Shown here piece after piece: positions 1 through 9,663 of a stretch of 64,000 bases of DNA (its first letter is position 1; every line of letters begins with the position of its first letter). Below the pieces are notes generated by a model. It did no database searches and was not told where the DNA came from. It saw only the letters and a list, made by a program, of their open reading frames with translations. The translations under genes were made by a program, and so were the position numbers. This stretch comes from Escherichia coli (GTDB taxonomy: Bacteria; Pseudomonadota; Gammaproteobacteria; Enterobacterales; Enterobacteriaceae), in assembly GCF_003991155.1 (NCBI RefSeq), contig NZ_CP031293.1. One strand, written 5' to 3'.

Positions 1-94
1 TGCCTTGCTCGATATAGCGATCCGCTTCGCGGCGTGAGCAAATTCCGCTTTCGCTGATGTATTTATTTAAACGGACTGATGAGTCGGGCAGCAT
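1..94 (-). CDS. rluF: 23S rRNA pseudouridine synthase RluF, N-terminal ~31 codons only (gene continues beyond window start)
   Basis: Reverse complement of 1-94 reads [31 protein letters not shown], matching the RluF N-terminus; absent from ORF track because truncated. Confidence 0.75.
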   Translation of the reverse strand, partial: MLPDSSVRLNKYISESGICSRREADRYIEQG

Positions 95-441
95 AAATTC
101 TCCTGTAAAACGCGGAATATACCGTACCTCTTAGCGGGGAAAAACAGGGTTATGCGGCAACGTCGAAATTAAATGTGATCTGCCACGCCTTTTATCACAA
201 AAGTGTCTCCGGAAGTACGATGCAAATTTGCCTGGCAAAATAAGGATAATCAACATATTACGAATCGCTGCACACCTGTGCTGATGACTACTACGCAGAG
301 AAACAAATGTGCAAGAGAAAGCGCTATTTCTCCCCATGCAAAGAGTGAAAAATCGCTTTGAAAGGCCATCATGATGGGGTTATATCAGATCAAGCGGTGA
401 GAAAGCGTATTTGCACAAATGTGCAGAACCAGGAGGCGGCA

Positions 442-1389
442 ATGGAAAACAGTGACGATATCCGTTTGATTGTGAAGATTGCCCAACTCTATTACGAACA
501 GGATATGACGCAGGCGCAAATCGCGTGCGAACTGGGTATTTACCGCACCACCATCAGCCGCTTGCTTAAACGAGGCCGCGATCAGGGAATTGTCACCATC
601 GCCATCAACTATGACTACAACGAAAATCTCTGGCTGGAGCAGCAACTGAAGCAAAAGTTTGGCCTGAAAGACGTTGTGGTGGTGTCGGGAAATGATGAGG
701 ATGAAGAGACTCAACTGGCGATGATGGGGTTACACGGCGCGCAACTGCTGGATCGCTTGCTGGAGCCTGGCGATATTGTCGGTTTTTCCTGGGGTCGCGC
801 GGTGAGCGCACTGGTTGAAAACTTGCCGCAGGCGGGGCAATCGCGGCAGTTAATCTGCATACCAATTATTGGCGGCCCGTCCGGTAAACTCGAAAGCCGC
901 TATCATGTAAACACATTAACCTACAGCGCGGCAGCGAAGTTGAAAGGGGAATCGCATCTCGCGGATTTTCCGGCTCTACTGGATAACCCCTTAATTCGTA
1001 ATGGGATCATGCAGTCTCAGCACTTTAAAACCATCTCTGCCTACTGGGATAATCTGGATGTCGCCCTGGTGGGAATTGGCTCACCGGCCATTCGCGACGG
1101 CGCTAACTGGCATGCGTTTTATGGTGGTGAAGAGAGTGACGACCTGAATGCCCGCCAGGTTGCTGGCGATATTTGCTCGCGCTTTTTTGATATTCACGGC
1201 GCAATGGTTGAAACGAATATGAGCGAAAAAACACTCTCTATCGAAATGAATAAATTAAAGCAGGCACGATATTCCATTGGCATTGCCATGAGTGAAGAAA
1301 AATACAGCGGAATTGTTGGTGCACTGCGTGGAAAATATATTAATTGTCTGGTAACGAATAGCAGCACAGCTGAACTATTACTGAAATAA
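442..1389 (+). CDS. sorC: SorC-family transcriptional regulator of the L-sorbose operon
   Basis: ORF 358-1389; preferred start ATG 442 (MENSDDIRLIVKIAQ) preceded by AGGAGG; N-terminal HTH plus sugar-phosphate-binding domain; first gene of the sorCDFBAME order. Confidence 0.75.
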   Translation: MENSDDIRLIVKIAQLYYEQDMTQAQIACELGIYRTTISRLLKRGRDQGIVTIAINYDYNENLWLEQQLKQKFGLKDVVVVSGNDEDEETQLAMMGLHGAQLLDRLLEPGDIVGFSWGRAVSALVENLPQAGQSRQLICIPIIGGPSGKLESRYHVNTLTYSAAAKLKGESHLADFPALLDNPLIRNGIMQSQHFKTISAYWDNLDVALVGIGSPAIRDGANWHAFYGGEESDDLNARQVAGDICSRFFDIHGAMVETNMSEKTLSIEMNKLKQARYSIGIAMSEEKYSGIVGALRGKYINCLVTNSSTAELLLK

Positions 1390-1458
1390 AAATCTTCCCG
1401 ATGTTTACCGTAATAAAAATTACGGCGGGTCCCTATTATCTAAAATCAGGAGTCTGTT

Positions 1459-2265
1459 ATGCAAACGTGGTTAAATTTGCAGAATAAAATCATTATTGTC
1501 ACCGGTGGCGCATCCGGCATTGGTCTGGCGATTGTGGATGAATTATTAGCACAAGGCGCGAATGTACAGATGGTCGATATTCACGGTGGCGATGGACAAT
1601 ATGAAGGTCATAAAGGCTATCAGTTTTGGCCGACCGATATTTCCAGCGCCAAAGAGGTAAATCATACGGTAGCAGAAATTATCCAGCGTTTTGGTCGCAT
1701 CGACGGTCTGGTCAATAACGCCGGGGTCAATTTTCCGCGTCTGCTGGTCGATGAGAAAGCGCCTGCCGGGCAGTATGAACTCAACGAAGCGGCATTCGAA
1801 AAAATGGTCAATATCAACCAGAAAGGCGTTTTTCTGATGTCGCAGGCGGTGGCGCGACAGATGGTCAAACAACATGATGGCGTGATTGTGAATGTTTCCT
1901 CAGAAAGTGGGCTGGAAGGCTCAGAAGGCCAAAGCTGTTACGCCGCGACCAAAGCCGCGCTCAATAGCTTCACGCGCTCCTGGTCGAAAGAGCTGGGTAA
2001 GCACGGTATCCGTGTGGTCGGTATCGCGCCGGGGATTCTGGAAAAAACAGGACTGCGCACGCCGGAATATGAAGAAGCGCTGGCTTGGACGCGCAATATC
2101 ACCGTCGAGCAGCTGCGTGAAGGCTATACCAAAAACGCCATTCCTATTGGGCGCGCCGGAAGATTAGCAGAAGTGGCTGATTTTGTTTGTTATCTGCTGT
2201 CTGAACGCGCCAGCTATATCACCGGAGTAACCACTAACATTGCGGGCGGCAAAACGCGCGGCTAA
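1459..2265 (+). CDS. sorD: Short-chain dehydrogenase/reductase, D-glucitol-6-phosphate dehydrogenase SorD-like
   Basis: 268 aa; SDR glycine motif TGGASGIG near N-terminus; SD CAGGAG before ATG; position in sor operon. Confidence 0.75.
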   Translation: MQTWLNLQNKIIIVTGGASGIGLAIVDELLAQGANVQMVDIHGGDGQYEGHKGYQFWPTDISSAKEVNHTVAEIIQRFGRIDGLVNNAGVNFPRLLVDEKAPAGQYELNEAAFEKMVNINQKGVFLMSQAVARQMVKQHDGVIVNVSSESGLEGSEGQSCYAATKAALNSFTRSWSKELGKHGIRVVGIAPGILEKTGLRTPEYEEALAWTRNITVEQLREGYTKNAIPIGRAGRLAEVADFVCYLLSERASYITGVTTNIAGGKTRG

Positions 2266-2274
2266 GGAGGCTTT

Positions 2275-2682
2275 ATGGTCAATGCCATTTTTTGCGCCCA
2301 CGGCAAATTAGCCTGCGCCATGCTGGAATCGGTTCAGATGGTGTACGGCGATGCCAGGGTCGAGGCAGTTGAATTTGTGCCCGGCGAGAACGCCGGAGAC
2401 ATTGTGGCAAAGCTGGAGAAGTTAGTGAGCATTCACAATCATGACGAGTGGCTAATCGCCGTGGATTTACAGTGCGGCAGCCCGTGGAATGCGGCAGCGG
2501 TGCTTGCGATGCGCAATCCTCGTCTGCGGGTAATCAGCGGCCTTTCACTGCCGCTGGCGCTCGAACTGGTTGATAACCAGGACAGCATGAATGTTGATGA
2601 ACTGTGTGAACACCTGACGCAAATCGCAAAGCAATCCTGCGTCGTCTGGAGACAGGTGGCAACGGCAGAGGAGGATTTCTGA
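2275..2682 (+). CDS. sorF: PTS mannose-family EIIA component (sorbose-specific)
   Basis: 135 aa; EIIA-Man-like N-terminus (MVNAIFCAHGKLA); SD AAGGAGG; operon position. Confidence 0.8.
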   Translation: MVNAIFCAHGKLACAMLESVQMVYGDARVEAVEFVPGENAGDIVAKLEKLVSIHNHDEWLIAVDLQCGSPWNAAAVLAMRNPRLRVISGLSLPLALELVDNQDSMNVDELCEHLTQIAKQSCVVWRQVATAEEDF

Positions 2683-3176
2683 TGAACATTACGCTCGCCC
2701 GCATTGATGACCGCCTGATCCACGGTCAGGTCACTACCGTCTGGTCGAAAGTGGCTAACGCCCAGCGCATTATTATCTGCAATGACGAAGTTTATAACGA
2801 TGAAGTTCGCCGGACATTATTGCGTCAGGCTGCGCCACCGGGAATGAAGGTTAACGTGGTCAATATTGAAAAAGCCGTCGCGGTTTATCACAACCCGCAA
2901 TATCAGGACGAAACCGTTTTTTATCTTTTCACTCGCCCACAGGATGCCTTAGCGATGGTTCGCCAGGGGGTAAAAATAGGTACCCTGAATATTGGCGGTA
3001 TGGCCTGGCGTCCTGGTAAAAAACAGTTAACCAAAGCAGTTTCATTAGATGACGATGATATTAACGCATTTCATGAGTTAAATAATCTTGGCGTCATACT
3101 GGATTTACGCGTCGTAGCGTCAGATCCCTCAATCAATATTATCGACAAAATAAACGAACAGTTAATCGCAAATTAA
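2682..3176 (+). CDS. sorB: PTS mannose-family EIIB component (sorbose-specific)
   Basis: 164 aa; EIIB-Man motif RIDDRLIHGQV with phospho-His; start overlaps sorF stop (TGATG). Confidence 0.8.
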   Translation: MNITLARIDDRLIHGQVTTVWSKVANAQRIIICNDEVYNDEVRRTLLRQAAPPGMKVNVVNIEKAVAVYHNPQYQDETVFYLFTRPQDALAMVRQGVKIGTLNIGGMAWRPGKKQLTKAVSLDDDDINAFHELNNLGVILDLRVVASDPSINIIDKINEQLIAN

Positions 3177-3241
3177 ATAATAGCGCCTGTGTACATATGC
3201 TTTAACAGGCAGGGATGACGACACTTAAAAGGTGACAAATC

Positions 3242-4039
3242 ATGGAAATAAGTACCCTACAAATTATTGCTATATTTCTTTTTTCCTGTATTGCCGGAAT
3301 GGGCAGCGTGCTGGATGAATTTCAGACTCATCGTCCGTTAATTGCCTGTACGGTGATTGGTTTAATTCTCGGTGATTTAAAAACCGGAATTATGCTCGGT
3401 GGTACGCTGGAATTGATAGCTCTCGGCTGGATGAACGTCGGCGCGGCGCAATCTCCGGATTCTGCACTCGCCAGCATAATCTCCGCCATTCTGGTTATCG
3501 TTGGTCAGCAAAGCATCGCCACCGGAATCGCCATCGCGTTGCCTGTGGCTGCGGCAGGCCAGGTGCTAACGGTGTTTGCCCGTACCATCACCGTAGTGTT
3601 CCAGCACGCGGCGGATAAAGCAGCGGAAGAAGCACGGTTTCGCACTCTCGATATTCTGCATGTCTCCGCGCTTGGCGTGCAGGCACTGCGCGTTGCTATT
3701 CCGGCACTGATTGTCTCGCTGTTCGTCAGCGCCGATATGGTGAGCAATATGCTGAGCGCCATTCCCGAATTTGTGACCCGTGGACTGCAGATTGCTGGCG
3801 GTTTTATCGTGGTGGTCGGTTACGCCATGGTGCTTCGCATGATGGGCGTGAAATATTTGATGCCTTTCTTTTTCCTCGGTTTCCTCGCAGGTGGCTACCT
3901 CGATCTCAGTCTGCTGGCGTTCGGTGGCGTCGGCGTGATCATGGCCCTGCTCTACATCCAGTTAAATCCACAGTGGCGTAAAGCTGAACCACATCCCCAG
4001 ACCACCACTATCACCGCCCTTGACCAACTTGATGATTAA
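3242..4039 (+). CDS. sorA: PTS mannose-family EIIC membrane component (sorbose-specific)
   Basis: 265 aa, highly hydrophobic multi-TM protein; operon position. Confidence 0.8.
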   Translation: MEISTLQIIAIFLFSCIAGMGSVLDEFQTHRPLIACTVIGLILGDLKTGIMLGGTLELIALGWMNVGAAQSPDSALASIISAILVIVGQQSIATGIAIALPVAAAGQVLTVFARTITVVFQHAADKAAEEARFRTLDILHVSALGVQALRVAIPALIVSLFVSADMVSNMLSAIPEFVTRGLQIAGGFIVVVGYAMVLRMMGVKYLMPFFFLGFLAGGYLDLSLLAFGGVGVIMALLYIQLNPQWRKAEPHPQTTTITALDQLDD

Positions 4040-4049
4040 CGGAGCCATC

Positions 4050-4874
4050 ATGGAACAGAGAAAAATTACACGCAGCGATCTGGTGAGCATGTTTCTGCGC
4101 TCCAACCTGCAACAGGCATCCTTTAACTTTGAACGTATTCACGGGCTGGGTTTTTGCTACGACATGATCCCCGCCATCAAACGACTTTACCCATTAAAAG
4201 AGGATCAGGTTGCGGCGCTCAGGCGACACCTGGTGTTCTTCAATACCACGCCAGCCGTATGTGGCCCGGTCATCGGCGTCACTGCCGCCATGGAAGAGGC
4301 GCGAGCCAACGGCGCGGAAATTGATGACGGTACCATTAACGGCATCAAAGTAGGTCTGATGGGACCATTGGCAGGAGTTGGCGATCCACTGGTCTGGGGA
4401 ACGCTGCGCCCGATTACCGCCGCGCTCGGCGCATCTCTGGCACTTTCGGGCAACATTCTCGGCCCCCTGCTGTTCTTCTTTATTTTCAATGCAGTACGTC
4501 TGGCAATGAAATGGTATGGGCTGCAACTGGGCTTTCGTAAAGGGGTGAATATCGTCAGCGATATGGGCGGTAATTTGCTGCAAAAACTGACCGAAGGCGC
4601 GTCGATTCTCGGGCTGTTTGTAATGGGCGTACTGGTGACCAAATGGACATCGATCAACGTGCCGTTAGTGGTTTCACAAACGCCTGCCGCCGATGGTGCC
4701 ACCGTCACTATGACCGTACAGAACATTCTCGACCAGCTTTGCCCTGGATTGCTGGCGCTCGGTTTGACGCTGCTGATGGTACGTCTGCTCAACAAAAAAA
4801 TTAACCCGGTATGGCTGATTTTCGCCCTGTTTGGTTTAGGGATTATCGGTAATGCGCTGGGCTTCCTGTCCTGA
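4050..4874 (+). CDS. sorM: PTS mannose-family EIID membrane component (sorbose-specific)
   Basis: ORF 4020-4874; preferred start ATG 4050 (MEQRKITRSDL) after ACGGAG; EIID-like hydrophobic protein. Confidence 0.8.
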   Translation: MEQRKITRSDLVSMFLRSNLQQASFNFERIHGLGFCYDMIPAIKRLYPLKEDQVAALRRHLVFFNTTPAVCGPVIGVTAAMEEARANGAEIDDGTINGIKVGLMGPLAGVGDPLVWGTLRPITAALGASLALSGNILGPLLFFFIFNAVRLAMKWYGLQLGFRKGVNIVSDMGGNLLQKLTEGASILGLFVMGVLVTKWTSINVPLVVSQTPAADGATVTMTVQNILDQLCPGLLALGLTLLMVRLLNKKINPVWLIFALFGLGIIGNALGFLS

Positions 4875-4925
4875 TTCTTCGCCCCGGCGCAACCGTCGGG
4901 GCCATCGTTCAACATGAGGTGGTTT

Positions 4926-6155
4926 ATGAAAACAACAGCTCTGCGTCTTTATGGTAAACGTGATTTACGCCTGGAAACCTTTGACCTTCCTGAAATGCAG
5001 GAGGATGAAATCCTCGCAACGGTGGTCACTGACAGCCTGTGCCTCTCTTCCTGGAAAGAGGCCAATCTGGGGGAAAACCATAAAAAAGTACCCGACGATG
5101 TGGCGACCAATCCCATCATCATCGGCCACGAATTTTGCGGCGATATTCTGGCCGTGGGTAAAAAGTGGCAGCACAAATTCCAGCCGGGTCAGCGTTATGT
5201 GATTCAGGCCAACCTGCAACTCCCCGACCGCCCGGACTGCCCCGGCTACTCCTTCCCGTGGGTAGGCGGCGAAGCGACGCATGTGGTTATTCCCAACGAG
5301 GTCATGGAACAAGATTGCCTGCTGGCATACGACGGCGAAACCTATTTTGAAGGCTCGCTGGTTGAACCGCTTTCCTGCGTGATTGGCGCGTTCAACGCCA
5401 ACTATCATCTTCAGGAAGGTAGTTATAACCACACGATGGGGATTCGCCCGCAAGGGCGCACGCTGATCCTCGGCGGCACCGGACCAATGGGACTGTTGGC
5501 GATTGATTATGCGCTACATGGACCCGTTAACCCTTCGCTGCTCGTCATTACCGATACCGACAACGACAAATTGAGTTATGCGCGCAAGCACTATCCATCA
5601 GAACCGCAAACACTGATTCATTATCTCAATGCCACCGATGCAGCATTTGATACGTTAATGGCGCTGAGTGGCGGTCACGGCTTCGATGATATTTTCGTCT
5701 TTGTGCCTAATGAAGGACTGGTGACTCTCGCCTCTTCCTTGCTGGCGACAGATGGTTGCCTGAATTTCTTCGCCGGACCGCAGGATAAGCACTTCAGCGC
5801 GCCAATTAATTTCTACGATGTGCATTATGCATTTACCCACTACGTAGGCACGTCAGGCGGCAATACCGACGACATGCGCGCAGCGGTCAAATTGATTGAA
5901 GAGAAAAAAGTGCAGGCCGCAAAAGTGGTAACACATATTCTTGGGCTGAATGCCGCGGGCGAAACCACGCTTGAATTGCCTGCCGTCGGCGGCGGGAAAA
6001 AACTGGTGTATACCGGGAAATATCTGCCGCTGACATCACTCACGCAGATTCAGGATGAAGAACTGGCGGCGATTCTGGCGCGTCATCAGGGAGTCTGGTC
6101 CGGCGAGGCGGAGCAGTACCTGCTCGCCCATGCAGAGGCGATTTCCCATGATTAA
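4926..6155 (+). CDS. sorE: L-sorbose-1-phosphate reductase, Zn-dependent alcohol dehydrogenase (MDR) family
   Basis: ORF 4914-6155; preferred start ATG 4926 after GAGGTGG; MDR-type motifs (GHEFCG; GGTGPMG nucleotide-binding loop); last sor gene. Confidence 0.7.
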   Translation: MKTTALRLYGKRDLRLETFDLPEMQEDEILATVVTDSLCLSSWKEANLGENHKKVPDDVATNPIIIGHEFCGDILAVGKKWQHKFQPGQRYVIQANLQLPDRPDCPGYSFPWVGGEATHVVIPNEVMEQDCLLAYDGETYFEGSLVEPLSCVIGAFNANYHLQEGSYNHTMGIRPQGRTLILGGTGPMGLLAIDYALHGPVNPSLLVITDTDNDKLSYARKHYPSEPQTLIHYLNATDAAFDTLMALSGGHGFDDIFVFVPNEGLVTLASSLLATDGCLNFFAGPQDKHFSAPINFYDVHYAFTHYVGTSGGNTDDMRAAVKLIEEKKVQAAKVVTHILGLNAAGETTLELPAVGGGKKLVYTGKYLPLTSLTQIQDEELAAILARHQGVWSGEAEQYLLAHAEAISHD

Positions 6156-6960
6156 TCGCGATACTCAACTCTGCATGTCGCTGGCCGGCTGCCCCGGTAA
6201 CTTCGGCACGCGTTTTCACAATTATCTTTATGAAAAGCTGGGGCTGAATTTCATCTATAAAGCGTTCACCACCCAGGATATTGCAGCGGCGGTGAAAGGG
6301 GTTCGCGCGTTGGGTATTCGCGGTTGCGCTGTGTCGATGCCGTTTAAAGAAAGCTGCATGCCTTTTCTCGACGCGATCGATCCGTCGGCGAAGGTCATTG
6401 ATTCCGTGAATACCATCGTGAATGACGACGGCAGGCTGACCGGGTTTAACACCGACTATATCGCGGTGAAAAGCCTGATTACCCACCACCAGCTCAATAC
6501 CACCACGCGAGTGATGATTCGCGGCAGTGGCGGCATGGGCAAAGCGGTGATTGCCGCCTTTCGCGACGCGGGGTTTACGGATGTTATCATTGCCGCCCGC
6601 AACCGCGAGAGCGGCCCGGCGCTGGCGAAGCAGTATGGGTTTCAGTGGCAACCGCAGCCGGAAGGCATCGCCTGCGACATTCTGGTCAACGTGACGCCCG
6701 TTGGCATGAGCGGCGGTAAAGAGAGCCATGAGCTGGCCTTCAGCGAAGCGATGGTCTCAACGGCAAGCGTCGTTTTTGATGTCGTGGCCTTGCCGCCGGA
6801 AACGCCGCTCATTCGCCTGGCGCAACGGCTTGATAAGCAGACGATTAGCGGTGCGGAGGTGATTGCTTTACAGGCCGTCGAGCAGTTCGCAATGTATACC
6901 GGCGTACGGCCTGATGCGCAACTGATTGCTGAGGCGGCACAATTTGCACGAGAAGGATAA
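6148..6960 (+). CDS. Shikimate 5-dehydrogenase-like (AroE/YdiB family) NAD(P)-dependent dehydrogenase, function in this context unknown
   Basis: ORF 6055-6960; preferred start ATG 6148 overlapping sorE stop (ATGATTAA); AroE-like motifs SMPFK and NTDY, glycine-rich GSGGMGKA. Confidence 0.6.
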   Translation: MINRDTQLCMSLAGCPGNFGTRFHNYLYEKLGLNFIYKAFTTQDIAAAVKGVRALGIRGCAVSMPFKESCMPFLDAIDPSAKVIDSVNTIVNDDGRLTGFNTDYIAVKSLITHHQLNTTTRVMIRGSGGMGKAVIAAFRDAGFTDVIIAARNRESGPALAKQYGFQWQPQPEGIACDILVNVTPVGMSGGKESHELAFSEAMVSTASVVFDVVALPPETPLIRLAQRLDKQTISGAEVIALQAVEQFAMYTGVRPDAQLIAEAAQFAREG

Positions 6961-7082
6961 GAAACATCAGCGCCTTGTTTGCCACGCCAGAAGCAATGCG
7001 CAACATCGTGAGCCATGTCAGTAAGCGGTTAAAATCACAGTGGTAGCATGGCTCCCGTGATTTCTTACTAACCGGAGAAGTA

Positions 7083-7772
7083 ATGGAACTGCTTTTATTG
7101 AGTAACTCGACGCTGCCGGGTAAAGCCTGGCTGGAACACGCGCTGCCGCTGATTGCTGAACAGTTGCAGGGTCGCCGTTCAGCGGTATTTATTCCTTTCG
7201 CTGGCGTAACGCAGACCTGGGATGATTACACAGCGAAAACGGCTGCGGTTCTCGCTCCGCTGGGTGTTTCTGTCACCGGTATTCATAGCGTTGTCGATCC
7301 CGTTGCCGCGATTGAAAATGCTGAGATCGTGATTGTCGGCGGCGGGAATACTTTCCAGTTGCTGAAACAGTGCCGCGAGCGCGGGCTGCTGGCACCAATT
7401 ACTGACGTGGTGAAACGTGGCGCGCTGTATATTGGCTGGAGCGCAGGCGCTAACCTTGCTTGCCCAACCATTCGTACCACCAACGATATGCCGATTGTCG
7501 ATCCGCAAGGTTTCGATGCGCTGAATCTGTTCCCGTTGCAAATCAACCCGCACTTCACCAACGCGCTGCCGGAAGGCCATAAAGGTGAAACGCGTGAGCA
7601 GCGTATTCGCGAACTGCTGGTCGTCGCGCCAGAACTCACAATTATTGGTCTACCGGAAGGTAACTGGATCACGGTGAGTAAAGGTCACGCTACGCTGGGT
7701 GGCCCGAACACCACTTATGTGTTTAAGGCTGGTGAAGAAGCGGTGCCGCTGGAAGCGGGTCACCGTTTTTAA
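7083..7772 (+). CDS. pepE: Peptidase E (alpha-aspartyl dipeptidase)
   Basis: 229 aa; [14 protein letters not shown]-terminus; SD GGAGAAG; conserved position next to yjbB. Confidence 0.9.
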
Positions 7773-7777
7773 GTGAA

Positions 7778-7852
7778 TTGCCGGATGCATAATCCGGCAT
7801 CTTGTTCATCGTGCCTGATGCGACGCTTTACGCGTCTTATCAGGCCTACAGG
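7778..7852. repeat. REP (repetitive extragenic palindromic) elements
   Basis: gccggatgcataatccggc and gcctgatgcgacgc...atcaggcctaca palindromic units between convergent pepE and yjbB. Confidence 0.7.
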
Positions 7853-7861
7853 GTCACGGTA

Positions 7862-9493
7862 TTAATACTCGTCCCGTCCTTCGTCTTCATCCGGCTGTTC
7901 CAGCACACTGTAAGCCACCGAACAAAACAGCGAGTTCAGACGCTGCATATCTCCCAGTAAGCCTAAATGTAGCGAACTGGTTTCAATGCTTTGCACGTTT
8001 TGCTGATGCAGGCGATCGACGTGAGCATGGGAATAACGGCGATTAAGAATGCGAAAGCGATGCTTGCTGCGGCGCAAACGACGGGCGCTGGTAACATCGC
8101 CAGAGAAGAAAACCGACATTGCCAGTTTTAAATTACTGAGCAATTGCTCATAGAGCGCATCCAGTTCCTTCAAGCCATCAAGCGAAAATGCCCGCCGTGC
8201 TGCCAGCGATTTATCGGCAATTTCGCTCCCCATGCGCTCGACGATATCGGAGGCCTGTTCAAGGTTGAGCGACATTTCGATGATCTCCGCCCAGCGGCGC
8301 GACTCTTCCTCCGCCAGCTCTTCTTTTGGCATCCGCGCCAGATACAGCTTAATGGCGGTATAGAGAACGTTGATATCATCTGCCAGCTTACGCAGCTCTT
8401 TCTCCTGCCGTGGCTCGCCGTGCATCACTTTATTCAGCCCTTCCATCATCTGTTCCATGGCGTCGCCAATGCGCAGGGTTTCGCGCGCGGCGTTCGCCAG
8501 AGCAAGCGTGGGCGTATCCAGCGCGCTGACATCCAGATGTTTGGGTCGTAGCTGGGTATCCAGTTCCGGTTCATCGCGAATAATCGTTTTGCAAAACCGT
8601 GCCATCGGGTCAACAAATGGCAGCATGACCAGGCAGCGTACAAGGTTGTAGAAGACGTGGAAATAGATCACCAGTTCCGCTTTTGGCAGTGGCAACTTCC
8701 CCATTGTCTCTGCCAGCAAATGGACAAACGGCAGGATAATCAGGCTACCCACCAGCTTAAACAGCAGGCTACCCAGCGCGACACGGCGGGCTGCGGCATT
8801 GGCGGCACTGTTGTTGAGCATCGCCAGCAGACCGGAACCGAGGTTAGCACCAATCACCAGACAGAGCGCCACGGGGAAGGAGATAATGCCTGCGGCGGTC
8901 AGAGTCGCGGTCAGCAGTACAGCAGCAAGGCTGGAGTAGCTGATAATGGCGAACATCGCGCCAATCAGCGCATCCAGCAGAATATCGCCGGTCAGCGAGG
9001 CAAAGATCACCTGAACGCCGTTTGCCTGGGTGATCGGCGTTACGGCCTGCACAATCAACTCCAGCGCCAGCAAAATCAGCCCAAGACCAATACCGACGCG
9101 GCCCAGTTGCCCGGCGCGTGACTGTTTGCGTCCGAGGAAAAAAATCACGCCGATAAAAATAAGTAACGGTGACAGCCAGGATAAGTCGAAGGTGAGAATA
9201 CGCGCCATTAGCGCCGTCCCGACATCTGCACCCAGCACAATCACCAGAGCCGGTGCGAGGGCTACCAGATCCTGAGCGACAAACGAGGTCACCAGCATGG
9301 TGGTGGCATTACTGCTCTGCACCAGTGCGGTAACGCCTATCCCCGCGCAAAAGGCGAGCGGCTTCTTTTCGACGCTTCGGCTAAGAACAGTACGCAGACG
9401 CGCGCCGAAGACGCGCATTACGCCGGTTCGAACAATATGAGTCCCCCAGACCAGCAGGGCGACGGCAGAAAGCAGGTGAAGCAAAGTTAGCAC
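7862..9493 (-). CDS. yjbB: Na+/phosphate symporter-like inner membrane protein (PhoU-domain containing)
   Basis: 543 aa; GTG start with GGAGAA upstream; multi-TM N-terminal half plus charged PhoU-like C-terminal half. Confidence 0.85.
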   Translation of the reverse strand: MLTLLHLLSAVALLVWGTHIVRTGVMRVFGARLRTVLSRSVEKKPLAFCAGIGVTALVQSSNATTMLVTSFVAQDLVALAPALVIVLGADVGTALMARILTFDLSWLSPLLIFIGVIFFLGRKQSRAGQLGRVGIGLGLILLALELIVQAVTPITQANGVQVIFASLTGDILLDALIGAMFAIISYSSLAAVLLTATLTAAGIISFPVALCLVIGANLGSGLLAMLNNSAANAAARRVALGSLLFKLVGSLIILPFVHLLAETMGKLPLPKAELVIYFHVFYNLVRCLVMLPFVDPMARFCKTIIRDEPELDTQLRPKHLDVSALDTPTLALANAARETLRIGDAMEQMMEGLNKVMHGEPRQEKELRKLADDINVLYTAIKLYLARMPKEELAEEESRRWAEIIEMSLNLEQASDIVERMGSEIADKSLAARRAFSLDGLKELDALYEQLLSNLKLAMSVFFSGDVTSARRLRRSKHRFRILNRRYSHAHVDRLHQQNVQSIETSSLHLGLLGDMQRLNSLFCSVAYSVLEQPDEDEGRDEY

Positions 9494-9663
9494 GGAATCA
9501 GGTTCTCCTTTTTGTTATGCATTTTCCTGTTAAGATTTTTCTAATCACGTTATTTTTATCCAGGCATTTCTCTTGTATGTACTTTCAGTATAAGAGATTT
9601 ATACAAGAAAGCATTTAAAAAGGCATTTATATAAAAATCCACCTGTATCTGTTGCTATTTCTG

